DNA of 64,000 nt from Scenedesmus sp. PABB004 (GCA_014905635.1 JABVCE010000002.1:744001-808000), one strand, 5' to 3'; positions 26,537 to 40,069 are shown, counted from the stretch's first letter. Translations and numbers: made by a program. The notes: a model not told the origin generated them from the sequence alone.

Positions 26537-27320
26537 TCAGCCGATGACGGCCTTGCTGTGCTCGTCGTCAAGGAAGCGGTACTCGGGGACCTCGAGGTTG
26601 TAGGGCGCGGGGCCCTTGCGGATGCGGCCGCTGATGTCGTAGTGCGTGCCGTGGCAGGGGCAGAACCAGCCGTTGTAGTCGCCCGCGCCCGCGATGGGCA
26701 CGCAGCCGAGGTGCGTGCACACGCCGATGACGACCAGGTACTGCGGGGGTGACGCGCGCACGCCCGCGGCGCGCGGCACGGGTCAGCAGGGGCCAGCAGG
26801 GGTCGGCGCGCACGCCGCGCCGCCTGCAAGCCGCCTGCTCGCCGCCCCGCCTCTGCACGCCGCCCGCCGCCTGCACGCCGCCGCCGGCGCCCGCCACGCC
26901 CCCCGGCGCCGGCGCCAGCCTGCCGCCGGCGCCGCCCCGCCCGCAGCGCGCGCGTCGCACCTTGGGGTCAACCACGCGCTCGTCGTCGGTCTGGGGGTCG
27001 CGGAAGCCGGTGATGTCGGTGTTCTCGGCCTCGCTGATCTCCTCGGGCGTGCGGTGCCGGATGAACACGGGCTTGCCGCGCCACTTCACCGTCACCGTCT
27101 GGCCCTCCTCAATGCCGCTGAGGTCGACCTCAAGGCTCGCCATCGCGAGCACGTCGGCGGCGGCCTGCGCACCGGCACCCGGCGCGGCGGCGCGGCCGGG
27201 TCGGCCCGCGCGCGCTGCACGCTGCCGCCGCCGCTGCTGGCGCCAGCCGCAGCGTGCCGCGCGCCACGCGCCGCGTGCGCGCGCAGCGGCCCGCGAGGGC
27301 TGGCCGGCGCCGGCCCTGGC

Positions 27321-27353
<33 letters not shown>

Positions 27354-28124
27354 GGCGCCAGCCGCGGCACTCACGCTCATCGAGAGGATGAACTTGAGCG
27401 CCAGCAGGCGCGCGGCGGTGGCGTAGAAGAATCGGCCGCCCGCCTGCACCAGCACGGCCGGCGACTTGGTGCCGGGCGCCGTGCGCTTGTGGTTGCTCTC
27501 GTCGTACCTGCAGCAGCGGCGGCGGCAGCAGCGGCGAGCGCGCGCGGGGGCGCGTGGGGCGCCTGCCGGGTCCGCGCCCGCGCCCCAGCGCTGGAGGCCA
27601 GCCCGCACACCACCCCCGGGCCGGCGCCGGGGGCCAGCACGCGCCCGCGCGCCCGGATTTCGGCTGGGAGTGCCCGCCATCCCCCCACGCCCACCGCCGC
27701 CCCGATTGCTCGCCGCGCCGCGCGGCCGCCGCCCGGCATGCCCCTCCCGCGCCCGGGCGCGCGCGGCCGGCCCACGCACGTGATGTTGTGGTTGGGCGTG
27801 CGCCCCAGGGCGTCGCAGGGCGACAGGCCGCTCGGCTTGGCCGCCGCGACCTCGCTGGCGTAGCCTGCGGGCGCGGCGCCGCGCACACGCGCGCGGGCTC
27901 GGCGCCGCGGCGCGCGGGGGCGCCGTGGCCGGGCTCGATCGCATCGGCACGCCCCTGCGCCGCTCACCGCGCAGGAAGCCGCTCCAGGCGCCCCACCCGC
28001 TGCTGGCACCGCTGGTGGACGCCTCCGCCGCGAGGTGCGCCAGGCTGGGCGCCAGCTGCTGCGCGCAGGGCGCGCCCGCCAGCAGGCGGGGCACCAGCCC
28101 CGCGATCGAGCGCCGGAGCGCCAT
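26537..28124 (-). CDS. RIP1: mitochondrial cytochrome bc1 Rieske iron-sulfur protein
   Basis: [73 protein letters not shown]. Confidence 0.95.
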
Positions 28125-28307
28125 GGCTGCTGCACACCGCGACGGGGGCGGGGAGAGTGCTCGCACCGTCGGCGTGCGCGCCCGTCCTCGCACGCGGCGG
28201 CGCCGCCGCGAGCCGTGCGTCGTCGCCGCTGCGTGCGCCCCGAACCCCGCCCCGCTCGCGGCGCTGCTTCTAATCGGCGGGTGGCCGTTACATCCGAGCC
28301 CCCGTCC

Positions 28308-30186
28308 CTACCAGCCACCGCCGCGCTCCCAGGCGTAGACGTCGGTGGTCGGCTGGTTGGCGCCCTCGTACGCCGCGTCGAGCGCGAGCAGGTCGAGGTC
28401 GTCCAGCTCAAACGCAAACGCGCGCTGCGCGTCCTTGACGTGCGACGCGTTCCGCGCGCCCAGCACCACCGCGGCCACGCCGGGCTGCTGCAGCGCCCAG
28501 CGTGTCGCGACGCACGACGCGCTCACGCCGTGCTTCTCGCCGACGTCGTGCAGCGCCTGCAGCATGTCCTGCAGCCACGCCCAGCCGCCGAGCTGCTTCA
28601 GCAGCGTGCCGTACCGCGCCTTGGACAGCGTGTCGATCACGACCCTGCCGGCGGCGCGCGGCCGCGGCGGCGCGGCGGCTCGGCGCGGCGCGGCGCACGA
28701 CGCGGCGCGGCGCACGACGCGGGGCACGACACGGGGCGCCAGCGTGCAGCGGCGGCGCGCGCACTTGTTGGCGGGGACGTCCAGGAAGCGCTCCGCGACG
28801 AGGCCGCCGCCGAGCACGCCGTACGCGAGCAGCGGGATGCCGCGCGCCTCGCAGAAGCGCGCCACAAACGCGAGCGGGCGGCGGTCCATCACGCTGAACG
28901 ACACCTGCGGGGCGCGCCGCGGCGCCGGCGGCGGCGGCGGCGGCCGTCGCACTCCGCAGCGCCCGTGCGGCGGGCGGCGCGGCGGGCGCGGTGCCGGCGG
29001 GCCATCGCGCGCCTGGTTGCTCGCGGGCGTGATGCCGGCGTCGAGCAGGGCCATGAGCATGGGCTGGTCAAAGTTGCTCACGCCCACGTGCCGCACGACG
29101 CCCTCGGCCTGCAGCTGCTTCAGCGCGCGCGCCGCCGTGACAAAGCCCAGCTCCTGCCGCCCCCGCCCCCGCCCGCCCGGCGGCGCGGGCGCGATCGGCG
29201 GCTCCCAGTGCAGCTGCACGAGGTCCAGCGTCGTCACCCCCAGCCGCGCGATGGACGCGCGCACGCGCTGGCGGACGCGGCCGCGGGCGCGGCGTGAGCG
29301 GGCGCGGCGTGCGCGGCGGCCGCCGCCTGCTGCCGCTGCCGCGCGGCGCAGGCGCGGCGCACGCACGTATTCGATGTTTTCCTTGCGCAGGTCGGCGGGC
29401 TGCGGCGGCGCCATGAAGCTGAGCTTGGTCAGCACCTGCGGCCGCGGCGGCGCGGGCCGGCGGCGGCGGCGTGGGACGGCGGCGGCGGCGTGGGACGGCG
29501 GCGGCGGGGGCGCCGCGCCGCGGCGTGGCGCGGCGCGGCGCCCCGCCGCGTGGCGCCGCGCAGAGCGGGCCGCGCCTGCGTGCGCGCCGCCGCGGCAGGC
29601 GTGAGGCGCATGTACTGGCCGACGACCGCCTCGCTGGGGCCGTAGACGTCGGCCGTGTCGAGCGTGGTCACGCCGGCGCGGCAGAAGGCCGCGAGGTCCT
29701 CGATCGCCGCCGCGCCGCCCGTGCGGTCGGACAGCGCGTCGCCGCGGTGCTGGCCGTCGAGCTGCCAGCAGCCGCGCACGACCCTGCTGATCTCCAGGCC
29801 GCCCGCGAGCGTCACGCGCGGGATGGCGGCCGGCGGCCTGGTCGCCGGCCTGGCGCCGCCGCCGCCGCCCTTCGCCTGGCCCGCCTGCTGCGGCGGCCGC
29901 GCCCGGCGCCGCTTCCCAGCTGGCGCGGCACGCCCGGCGCCCGGCTGCTGCTGCTCCGCCGGCGCCGCCGCGGGCTCCGGCTGCTGCGGCGGCGGCTGCT
30001 CCGTGCTCGGCGGCGCCTCGCCGCCGCCGCCGTCGGCGCGCGCTGCGTCGGCCAGCAGCCAGCCACCGCTCGTGAGCAGCACGCCGCGGCGGCCGGGCGC
30101 CGCCGCCGCGCAGCGCGCCAGCCGGCACCCCGCCGGCAGTGGCTGCGCTGGGCCAGGCGCGCCGGGCGCAGCCGCTGCGCGCGCAT
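28308..30186 (-). CDS. aldo/keto reductase (start codon uncertain)
   Basis: ISRVVRGCWQL, LDTADVYGPSE, LDLVQLHW, VRHVGVSNF, SNQVSFSVMDRRP, VATRWALQQPGV..VLGARN. Confidence 0.85.
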
Positions 30187-30543
30187 GGCGGCGGCCGCCG
30201 CTGCCGCCGCTGCCGCTGCCGCCGGCTCGGTGTCGCGCGCGGCGTTTGAATGCAGACTGCGGCAGGGACGTCAGCACGCTGGGGAGACTGCCTGAGCGCC
30301 AGCGGAGCGCGATGCCCGCAGGCTCGTGTCGCGACGGCGGCGGCGGCGCTGTGCCGCGCGGGTTCAATCGCCGAGCGCCGCCCGGTCTCCCCGCCCGGAC
30401 GAGCAGGTCGCCCTGCAGCTGCCCGACTCGCCCCCGCCACACGAGGCCCTCGCTGGCCGTGCCGCGGCCGAGCGAGGCGCGCCGCCAGCAGCGCCGTCAG
30501 TGCCGCTCGCCGTGCAGGGGCCCCGCGCCCGCAGGCCGCCACC

Positions 30544-30685
30544 ATGGCCTGCCTCCTGCTCCTGCCGCGTGCGCACCCCTGGCTGGGCGCGGCGCCGCCG
30601 GCGCATCGCTGCCGGCTCGGGCGCGGCGGCAGCAGCAGGCGCGCCGCCCAGCGGGCTGCCAGCCCCACGCCGGTGCCAGCAACAG

Positions 30686-30729
<44 letters not shown>

Positions 30730-32445
30730 CAGCAGGAGCAGCAGCAGCAGGAGCAGCAGCAGCAGCGGCCCGGGCGCAGGACGCGGACGCGGACGCGCGG
30801 GAGCACCAGCCGCGGCGACGGCGACGGCAGCAGCAGCAGCGCTGCCGCGCAGCCCGAGGCGGCGCAGGAGCTGGCGGACGCCGTGGGCCTGCCCCTTGCG
30901 GCGGCGGAGCGCGTGCTGGAGCGGCTGCCGCGGGCGCTGGCGGCCAACCCCGCCAAGCTGCGCGAGCGCGGCGCGGCGCTGCGCGCGCTGCTGGGCCCGG
31001 CGCACGCGGCGCGCGCGGTAGCGCGGCACCCGCGGCTGCTGTGCTCGCGGCCGGAGGGCGTCGCGCTGCACCTGCGCCAGTGGCAGCAGTTCTTCGGCGC
31101 CGACCCGGGCGCGCCGGCGGCCGAGGCGGACGCGCGGCGCGCCGCGGTCCTCACGCGCCTCGCGCGCAGCCCGCAGCTGCTGGGCGTTGACGTGGAGCGG
31201 CTCGTGGGCAACCTGTATGAGATGGGCACCGTGCTGCATGCCGACGTGAGGGCCGCGCGCACCCGCGCGCACCCGCGCGCACCCGCGCGCACCGCGCGCA
31301 CCCGCGCGCACCCGCGCGCACCCGCGCGCACCGCGCGCACCGCGCGCACCGCCCTGCGACGGCGCCGGCGGCGCTGAGCGCCGCGCCCGGCGCGCCGCGT
31401 GCACCGCCGCCGCCGGGGCGCAGGATCTGCACGCGTACGCGTTCAAGGCGCTCGCCATCGCGACCGCGCGGCCGAGCACGCTCGCGGCCAAGCTGCGCGC
31501 CGCGCTGGCCCTCATCAACGAGCCGCCAGGCGGCGCGGCGCCCGGGGCCGGCGCAGCGGCGCCCGGGGCCCGCGCTGCGGCGCCGGTCAGCATGGCACAG
31601 CTCCACGCGGCGGCACGGCGCGACCACCGCTGGCTCGCGCTGAGCAGTGCCTCGCTGGAGCGCCGGCTGCGGGGCCTGGCCAGCGCGCTGCAGGCGGGTC
31701 GCGGCGGCGCCCGGCCGCGCCGGCGACCGGCCGCGCGGCCCGCGCCGGTGCGCGCGCCGCGGCGCCGCGGCTGACGCCCCGCCCCGCCCTCCCCGCGCGC
31801 AGGTGCCGGTCACCGTCGCCGGCGGGATGTTCCTGCGGCAGCCGGGCATCGTCAACCAGGCGCCCGCGACGATGACGGCACGCGCAGACGCGCTGCTGAG
31901 CCTGCCGGGGCTGCCGCGCGAGCGCGCGGTCGCCGCGGCCGTCGCGTTCCCCGCGCTGCTCAACATCAGCCCCGCCGTGCTGCGCGATCGCTGGCGCCAG
32001 CTCACAGAGGTGGGCGCGCGGCGGCGGGGTGCTGCGCACCGCGCGCCCGGCGTCCTCGGCGCGTGGCCGTCGCGCCGCGGCCGCCGACCCGCGTTCGCCG
32101 CACACCCGCCGGCCCGGCCCGCCGCAGGCCGCCGCCGCGTCGCCCGCCTGGGCCACGCAGCTCGACGCGCTGCCCGGCACGAGCCTGGCCGCGACGCTCG
32201 CGTGCGGGCCGGCGCGCTACGCGCGCCTGCGCGCGCTCGTCGCGTCGGGGCAGGCGGGGTGCAGCACGCTGCAGAGCCTCATGCGCATGAGTGACGCCGC
32301 CTTTGACGCCGGCCGCGCCGCCGGCTGGACGCGCAAGCGCGGCCGGCCGCGCGGCCCCGCACGGCCCCTCGGTGGGCGCGGCGCGGCCGCGGCGGCGGCG
32401 GCGGCGCGCCTGGCGGGTGCTGTGCCGGGGCCGGAGGATCGGTGA
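30544..32445 (+). CDS. mTERF-like helical repeat protein
   Basis: Repeats xxxPxLL (ARHPRLLC, ARSPQLLG, RQPGIV, AFPALL) at ~35-aa spacing after a transit-like, poly-Q N-terminus. Confidence 0.55.
30688..30765 (+). repeat. (CAG)n imperfect run encoding poly-Gln
   Basis: cag repeats with gag interruptions. Confidence 0.9.
31254..31350 (+). repeat. intronic 9-10-bp minisatellite (cgcgcgcacc/cccgcgcgca)
   Basis: About 10 tandem units after the GTGAG donor. Confidence 0.85.
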
Positions 32446-32627
32446 CGCGCAGTGGCCGTGTCGGGCGCTGCAGGTTGCAGCGACGGTGACGGTGCCGCCG
32501 ACCAAACCGAACCGCGCTCGCGCTCTCTCTCTCTCGCACGCACACTCTCTCACACTCCCCCCCCCCCCCCCCTCCCCGCTCGAGGCGCCGCGCGCCAGCC
32601 GCGCCGCGCTGGGCCGCGCCGCGAGCG

Positions 32628-32906
32628 TCAGAACTTGCAGTGGCTCGGGTAGCGCGGGAAGGGGATGACGTCGCGGATGTTCTCCACGCCCGTCGCAAAC
32701 TGCACGAGGCGCTCAAAGCCGAGGCCGAAGCCCGCGTGCGGCACGCTGCCGTAGCGGCGCAGGTCGAGGTACCACCAGTAGTCATTAGGGCGCAGCCCCG
32801 CGCTCGCCATGCGCGACGTGAGCACGTCGAGCCGCTCCTCGCGCTGGCTGCCGCCGATGAGCTCGCCGACCTTGGGGACGAGCAGGTCCATCGCGGCCAC
32901 GGTGGC

Positions 32907-32956
<50 letters not shown>

Positions 32957-35463
32957 CCGTCACCACCAGCGGCGACTTTGCAAACACGACCTCGGACAGG
33001 TACCTGCGCGTGAGTGGCGCGCGGGGCGCGGGGCGCGGTGCGGGGTGTGCGCCCTCGGTGAGGGCCGACAAGCGCGCGCGCGCGGGCGTGGCGGGCAGAG
33101 CAAGGCGAGTCGCGGCGCGGCGACGCCGCGCGCACCGCTCGTGCTCGCTCTGCAGGTCGATGCCCCACGACACGGGGTAGTCAAAGTCCTTGCCGCTGCC
33201 GCGCAGCAGCTTGACCGCCTCGCTGTACGTCACGCTCGCAAAGGGGCGGTCGAGCACGTCGCGCAGGCGGGCCAGCAGGCCCTTCTCGACCATGGCGTCA
33301 AAGAACGCGAGGTCCTCCTCGCAGTGCTGCGCGCGCGGTTTTGCGCGGAGCGGCGAGGGCTGGGCGCGCGGGCGCGCGGGCGGGCGGCCGGCCGGCGCGC
33401 GCGCGCGCGGCGGGGCGCCCGCCGGCGCAGTGCGCCCGCGCTGGCGGTCGCCGCGCGCGCACCTCGAGCACGTAGCGCACGCAGTGCTTGAGGTACGCCT
33501 CGGCGCAGGCCATGTCGTCGGAGAGGTCGGCAAAGGCGAGCTCGGGCTCGATCATCCAGAACTCGGCGAGGTGGCGGCTCGTGTTTGAGTTTTCGGCGCG
33601 GAAGGTCGGGCCAAAGGTGTAGATGTCGCCCAGCGCGCTCGCATACATCTCGCCTGCCGCGCCGCCGGCCGCGCGCGGGCGCAAGGGTGGGTGGGCGTGC
33701 CGCACGCGTGCGCTGCGCGGCGCGCGCTGCTCGGCGCGCGCTGCTCGGCGGCGGCGGCGCTGGCAGCTGTTGACTTGCGCCCGCCGCGGCCGCGCACCGT
33801 TGAGCTGGCCCGAGACAGTGAGGAAGGTCTTCTCGCCGAAAAAGTCGCCGCTAAAGTCGACCTGCCCGCCCGGCGTGAGCGGCAGCGCCGCGCGCGCCGC
33901 CGCGCCCTCCATCTCCTGCAGCCGCGCCTTGAGCCGCTTCAGCTCCGCCACCTGCGCCTCGACCTGCGCCGACGGCGCCGCGCCGGCCTTGGCCTGCGCG
34001 CGCGGGCGCGGCGGCGGCGCGTTTGGGGGTGAGAGGGCGCCGGGGTCGCAGGCCGCTGCGCGCCGCACGCTGCGCGGTCCGCGCCCCGCGACCCGCGCGC
34101 CCTGGCCGCGCCGCGCCGGCCGCACCTCCTTGACCGCGGCGCCCTGCTCCGCGACCTGCTGCCGCACGAGCTCCGCCTCGGCCGCCGCCGCGCGCGCGGC
34201 GGCGGGGTTGACGCCCGCCAGCAGCGTGGTGACCTGGAACATCTCGCCCGCGCCCTCGCAGTCGCTCGCCGACAGGATGGGCGTGTGCACGTACGCGAAG
34301 CCCGCGCCCTGGAAGAACGTGTGCGTCGCGTGGCTCAGCGCGCTGCGCACGCGCGCCACGGCGGCGATCGTGTTGGTGCGCGGCCGCAGGTGCGCGATGC
34401 CGCGCAGGAACTCCAGCGTGTGCCGCTTCTGCGGCCGCGCGCGGCGCGGGGCGCCGGGGCGTCGGGGCGCGGCTGCGGGCACGGCTGCGGGCGCGGCTGC
34501 GGGCGCGCCGCCGGCCGGGCCACGGGCTGGGCGCCTCCCGACTGCCGCGCCGCGCCTTTTGCAGCGGGTACGTCTCCGCGTCGCAGCCGCCCACGAGCGT
34601 GAGCGACTCGGCCTTGAGCTCCACCGCCTGCTTCGCGCCGGGGCTCGCGACGAGCTGCCCCCGCGCGCACACCGCCGCGCCCGTCGTGACAGCGCCCTCC
34701 TCCAGCAGCGCCCAGCCCTCCGCGCCAGGCTCGAGCACCACCTGGATGCCCGACAGGTTGGAGCCGTCATTGACCTGCACCGGGGCGCGCGCGCGCGGAG
34801 GGGAGCGCGGACGCGCTGGGCGCGGCACGGTGCTGCCGTCGCCGCGTTCGGCTTCGCCCGCCTCCCGCCCCCGGGCAGCACGCGCGCGCCCGGGCCTCTC
34901 ACCTGCATGAAGGCGAACTGCTTCTGCTGGCGCACGGTGCGCACCCAGCCGCGCACCTCGACAGCCTCGCCGACGTGCACCGCCTCGCCGCCGGGCGCCA
35001 CCTTCTGCGCGTGCGTCGGCCGCGGGGCGGGTCGAGGGCGCACCGCTGCGCAGCCTGCTGCGGTGCTGCGGCGCCACCGGCGCGGCCAGCAGCGCGGGGC
35101 GGGCGGCCAGGGCGGCGGCGGCAGCGCGGCGGCGCGGCGGCAGCAGCAGCAGGCGCGCACCATCAGCTCGCGCACGGTGGTGCGGGGCTTGAACTCCCGC
35201 CGCTCCCGCGCCGTCTCCAGCGGCGCGCCCGTGCTGGAGCCCGTTTGCGCCGGCTGCGCGGTCTGCGCGGCCGCGACATCCGCGGCAGCCCTGCCGGCCA
35301 CAGCAGCGCGCGCCCGCAGCTGCTGCCGCGGCGCCCCGGGCGCTCCCGGCGCCGCGCCGGCGCGGGAGGAAGAGGCCACCAGGCGCCTCAGCGGGGCCTG
35401 CATCGCGGCGCCCCGCAGCGCGCGCAGGGGCAGCGAGGACGCGCCCGCGAGCACGCAGAACAT
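32628..35463 (-). CDS. asparaginyl-tRNA synthetase, organellar, with WHEP-like insert
   Basis: [91 protein letters not shown]. Confidence 0.95.
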
Positions 35464-35911
35464 GTGGCGCGCCGCGCCGGCGGGCTGACCGGCCGGCGGC
35501 TCGCCAATTGCCCGCGAGCGAGAGGCGTTCGGCCTGAGCCTGCACAGGGGGCGCGGTGGGCGCTGCGCGGTGCGCCGGCGGCCCTGGGCGACGCTGGCCA
35601 GCAGCGGCGGCGGGCGGTCGCTGGAGCGGCGGTCCTCGCGGTCGGGCGCGTTGTGCGCAGCGGCAAGCACTGAGAGCGTGGCGTGACCCGCCGCCGTCCG
35701 GCGCCGCCCGCGCGAGCGTCACACGGCGCCGAACCCCCGCGACGACGCTGCTCGTGCCGCGAGCTAGGCTGCCGCCGCCGCCGCCCACCCGCAGCAGAAG
35801 CAGCCTCAAGCCCGGGCGTCGTCGTGGGAGCGGCCTGCTCTGAGCCCAGCCCGCCACAGCCCGGGGCCACGCACCGCAGCGCGCCGCCGCGCCGCGCAGC
35901 GAGCAGCAGCC

Positions 35912-37160
35912 ATGGCGCCCCTCGCATTGGCCGCCCGCAGCTGTTGCTCTGTCGTCGCGATCGCCGGCGCTCGCGGCCAGCGGGCGCGCGGCTCGGGCGG
36001 TGCCAGGTGCGAGGGCTCCGGCCATCACTGCGCCCTCCCGGCCCCACCCGCGCCGCTCGCGGCCCAGACAACCCCGTGGCCGCTTCCGCTTCCATCAGGC
36101 CCTGCGTGACGAGCCAGGCGGGGGCGCGCGTGGCGCCGGCCCGCGGCGCGGAGCAGCAGCAGCAGCGGCACCGGGCGGCGCTCGCGCGGCTGGTGGCGCG
36201 CGCAGCGGCGGAGGACGACGGCGGCCTGGGTGCGCGCGGCGGCGCGCCCCTGGGACGCCTGCTGGTCGCGCCGGCTGCTCCGGGCGCGCGCGCGCAGCGG
36301 CCGGCGGCAGTCGGCGCAGGCTGCTGGCGCTGGCAGCGCGCGCCGCGGGGCTCACCGCGCCGCCGCCGCCGCCGCGGCAGGCCTTGAGGAGCCCGAGACC
36401 GCGCGCGAGGCGATCGACCTGGGGCTGGTGCTGTGCAAGCAGCAGAAGTGAGCGCGGCGCGGCGGGCGGGCGGCGCAAAGCGGCGGGCGCGCGGAGCGGC
36501 GGGCGCGCGTCCCGCCCGCCGCCCACGCCCGCCGGACGCCGCGCCCGCGCGCGCCCAGGTGGGACAAGGCGCTGGCGGTGTTTGAGAAGGGCCTCGGCCT
36601 GCCCGGCACGGGCGTGAAGCGCTTCAGGTGCGCCGCCGCGCGGCGCGGCGCGCCGTGCCGCGCGGCGCCGCCAAGCGGTGCCAGGCCGCCGCGCAGGGCG
36701 CCGCAGAGCGGGGCTGGGGCGCCCACGAAGCCCATCTGCCCTCTGCGCGCCGCCAGGGACAAGCCGCGCCTGATCAGCGACGGCGAGAAGATGGCGGCGC
36801 TCTACAACATCGCCTGCTGCCACAGCCAGCTGCAGGACGCGCGCAGCGGCCTCGTCGCGCTCTCGGGTGCGCGCCCCGCGCCGCGCCGGCGCCACGCCCC
36901 GCGCCGCGCCGCGCTCACCGCGCTCACCGCGCCGCACGCCCCGCTCGCTGCCGCGCGCTCCCTGGGGCGGCCGCGCACATCTACGGCCAGGCGCGCTGGA
37001 GCTGGGGTACAGCGACTACGCCCAGATCCGGGGCGACCCCGACCTCGCGTTCCTGCGCGCCGACGAGCGCTTCGAGGGCCTGCTCGCGCGCTTCGCCAAG
37101 GCCAACGCCGGCTTCCTGGGGCTCGACCTCGCGGGCCTCTTCGGCGGCGGCAAGAAGTGA
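35912..37160 (+). CDS. MET1/LPA1-like TPR protein, probably plastid
   Basis: AALYNIACCHSQL..GLVALSGALELGYSDYAQIRGDPDLAFLR..FEGLL. Confidence 0.7.
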
Positions 37161-37581
37161 GCTGCGGGGGTGGGCGGCGGCGGCAGAGGGCAGGCGGCGC
37201 GCGCGTCGGGCGTGTCGTCGCGAGCGCAAGGTTTTTCGGCGATGTGACGGCCGCTGCGCGCCGGCCGCGATTACAAAGCCGCGCTCCCTGGCCCTCCCCG
37301 ATCCCCGACCCGCGACCAGCAACGCCCCTGCGCACAGCCCCAGCGCCCCAGCCCACAGCCGCAGCCGCCCAGCGCGCGCTCGCGTCGCCGGCCGGTGCGC
37401 CGCGCGCGCCGCCGCGATCGCCGCCGACCGCGGCCGATCCAGGCGCCCCCCGCGAGCGCCTGCGTGTTGACGCCCGCCCCTGGCCGCGCCGGCGCCGCGC
37501 CGCCGCCGCGCGCCGCGCCGCCGCCGCGCACCGCGCCGCCGCCGCGCGCCGCGCGGCGCCTGCCGACGCGCAGAGGTCGAG

Positions 37582-39623
37582 ATGGCCTCCAAGTCGCCCA
37601 GCAAGGCCGCGGCCACGCCCGAGAAGGCGGGCGAGGCCATCAAGGCCAGCGAGGCGGACAAGCAGGCGCGTGCGCCGCAGCCGCGCGCGCGCCCGCCGCC
37701 GCCGCACGCGGCGCGCCGACCGCTCTCCCGCGCCCCGCCCGCCCGCCGCGCTGCGCCAGACGCGGCAGCCGGGCATGGAGATTGACATGGAGGCCAAGCC
37801 CATCTACATTCGCGACACGTACAAGGGCGCCGGCAAGCTCGAGGGCAAGGTCGCGATCATCACCGGTACGCGTGCGCGGGCAGGCGCGGCAGCTTTGATC
37901 AGGGCCCGACGACGCCCGCGCCGCCGCCCCCCGCGCGCGCAGGCGGCGACTCCGGCATCGGCCGCGCGGTGGCGGTCCACTTTGCGCGCGAGGGCGCGGA
38001 CGTGGCGATCCTCTACCTCGACGAGCACAAGGCGCGGCGCGCGCGCGGCCGCACACTCGCGGCCGCGCGGCGCCGCCAGCCATGGGTGGCGCGCCCGCCG
38101 CGCGCGCGCGGCGCGCTGCACATTGAGAGCCGCCCCGTGCGCCCCGCCCCGCCCCGCGCCCGCCCCCCGGCGCGCGCGCGCGCAGGACGCGGAGGAGACG
38201 GTCGCGCTGGTTGAGAAGGAGGGCCGCAAGTGCCTCAAGTTCGCCGGCGACGTCAGCAAGCCCGAGGCGCGCAGTGCCGCCGCGCGCGCGCGCGCGGGCC
38301 CGACACGCGCCGCCGTTGACCGCCGCCGCCGTTGACCGCCGCCGCCCGCGCACGCAGACCGCGGGCGACGTGGTGGGCAAGGTGGTGCAGGAGCTGGGCC
38401 GGCTCGACGTGCTCGTCAACAACGGTGCGACCCCGCGCCGCCAGGCGCAGGCGCCCGGCCGCGCGCTGCGCGCCGCGCGCGGCCGCGCCCAGCCGCCCCC
38501 GCCGCGCCGCCGCCGCCGCCGCCCCGGCCGCAGCGAGCGTCCAGCACTACACCGCCGACCTGGCCGACATCACCGTGGACCAGGCGCGCGCGCGCCGCCG
38601 CCAGCCCGCGGGAGGGGCCCGCCGCGTGCGCGCGCGCCCTCGCGCCGCGCCGAGCGCTCGGCGCGCGCCCGCCTGCTCTGCTGCCGCCGCAGCTGAAGGA
38701 GACGTTTGAGGTCAACGTCTTCGGCTACTTCTACATGGCCCAGGTCAGAAGGGCACGGCCGCGGCGCACCCCTGGGCCAGGCCGTCGCGACAGCTGCGCG
38801 CGCGCCGCCGCCGCCGCCGACCCCGCCCGCGCCCGCTCTTGCCCCGCAGGCGGCGCTGAAGCACCTCAAGGAGGGCGCGTCCATCATCAACACCTCCTCC
38901 ATCACCGCCTACAAGGGCAGCCCCTCGCTCGTCGACTACAGCGCCACCAAGGGCGCCCAGGCGCGCGCGCCGCGCCCCGCCGCGCAGCGCGGCCGCCGCC
39001 GCCGCGCGCCACCGCGCACGGCACAGCACAGCGCCGCCGCGCCGCCGCCGGCTGCTGCGCGTGCAGATCGCGTTCACGCGCGCGCTGAGCAACCAGCTCG
39101 TCCCCAAGGGCATCCGCGTCAACGCCGTCGCGCCGGGGCCGATTTGGACGCCGCTGATTTCCGCCACGTTCCCCAAGGCGCGCCTGCAGGCGCGCGCCCG
39201 CACGGGGGCGGCGCGCGGGCCGCGCGCGCGCCGCCCGCCCCCGCCCCACTCGCCGCCGCGCCGCTGCTCGCAGGACATGATCGAGCACTGGAAGAGCGAG
39301 GCCCAGATGAAGCGCCCCGGGCAGCCCGCCGAGGTGCCCCGCGCCACCTTCCGTGCAGCGCGCCTGCAGGCGGCCGCGTGCGCCGGGCGCAGCACCTCAA
39401 ACGCGCGCACTGCTCGCAGGTGGGGCCGAGCTACGTCTTCCTGGCGTGCGAGGACGCGAGCTACATCAGCGGCCAGGCGCGGCGCGGCGCAGCGACCGGG
39501 GCGGCGCGCGCGGCCGCAGGAAGTGCGCGCGCGCACGCGCCGGCCGCGGGCCGCTGACCTCCGACCGCCGCGCGCATGCGCCAGACGATCCACCCCAACG
39601 GCGGCACGGTGGTGAGCAGCTGA
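37582..39623 (+). CDS. short-chain dehydrogenase (glucose and ribitol dehydrogenase/YhdF-like), 12 exons
   Basis: YKGAGKLEGKVAIITGGDSGIGRAVA, LDVLVNNA, YSATKGA, IRVNAVAPGPIWTPLI, SYISGQTIHPNGG. Confidence 0.93.
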
Positions 39624-40069
39624 GCGCGCGGCGCGGAGCACGCGGGGCCCGGCAGCGCAGCGAGGCGCGCGGGTGAGGCGGGTGAGGCGAGAGTTGGTGG
39701 CGGCCGGGCGCGGCGGCGTTGCGGAGTTGAGCGAGTCGTGAATGTTTGACCTCCGTGCAACCCCACCGCACACCCCGTCCCAGGCCCGGTTCCAGGGCCC
39801 GGCCGCCGCGCCGCCGTGCGTGCATGACGGCGGCGCAAAATGACGAGATGGAGCTGTGTGGCGCGCGGGTCCGCGCCGGCGCAATCGCGCGATGCCCGGG
39901 CCAGCCCCCTGGCGGTGGCGGCAGCAGTGGGAAAAAGCCGCAGCATCGCGCAGCAGAAGAGTGCTTGTCCAAGCCCAGAGTGCGCCCAGAGCAGCCCGTG
40001 GATCGCGGGCGCAGTCCGACAGAGATCCGAGTGCATGCGCGCGACTGCGCGCGCCACAACTGCCGCAGC

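Noticed and set aside
30060..30190. AKR first ATG (30186) appears out of frame with the core, suggesting a programmed frameshift
   Set aside because: An unresolved intron or a single-base assembly error is more parsimonious
33880..34200. WHEP-like insertion in AsnRS as a novelty
   Set aside because: Such inserts are already known in plant-lineage AsnRS
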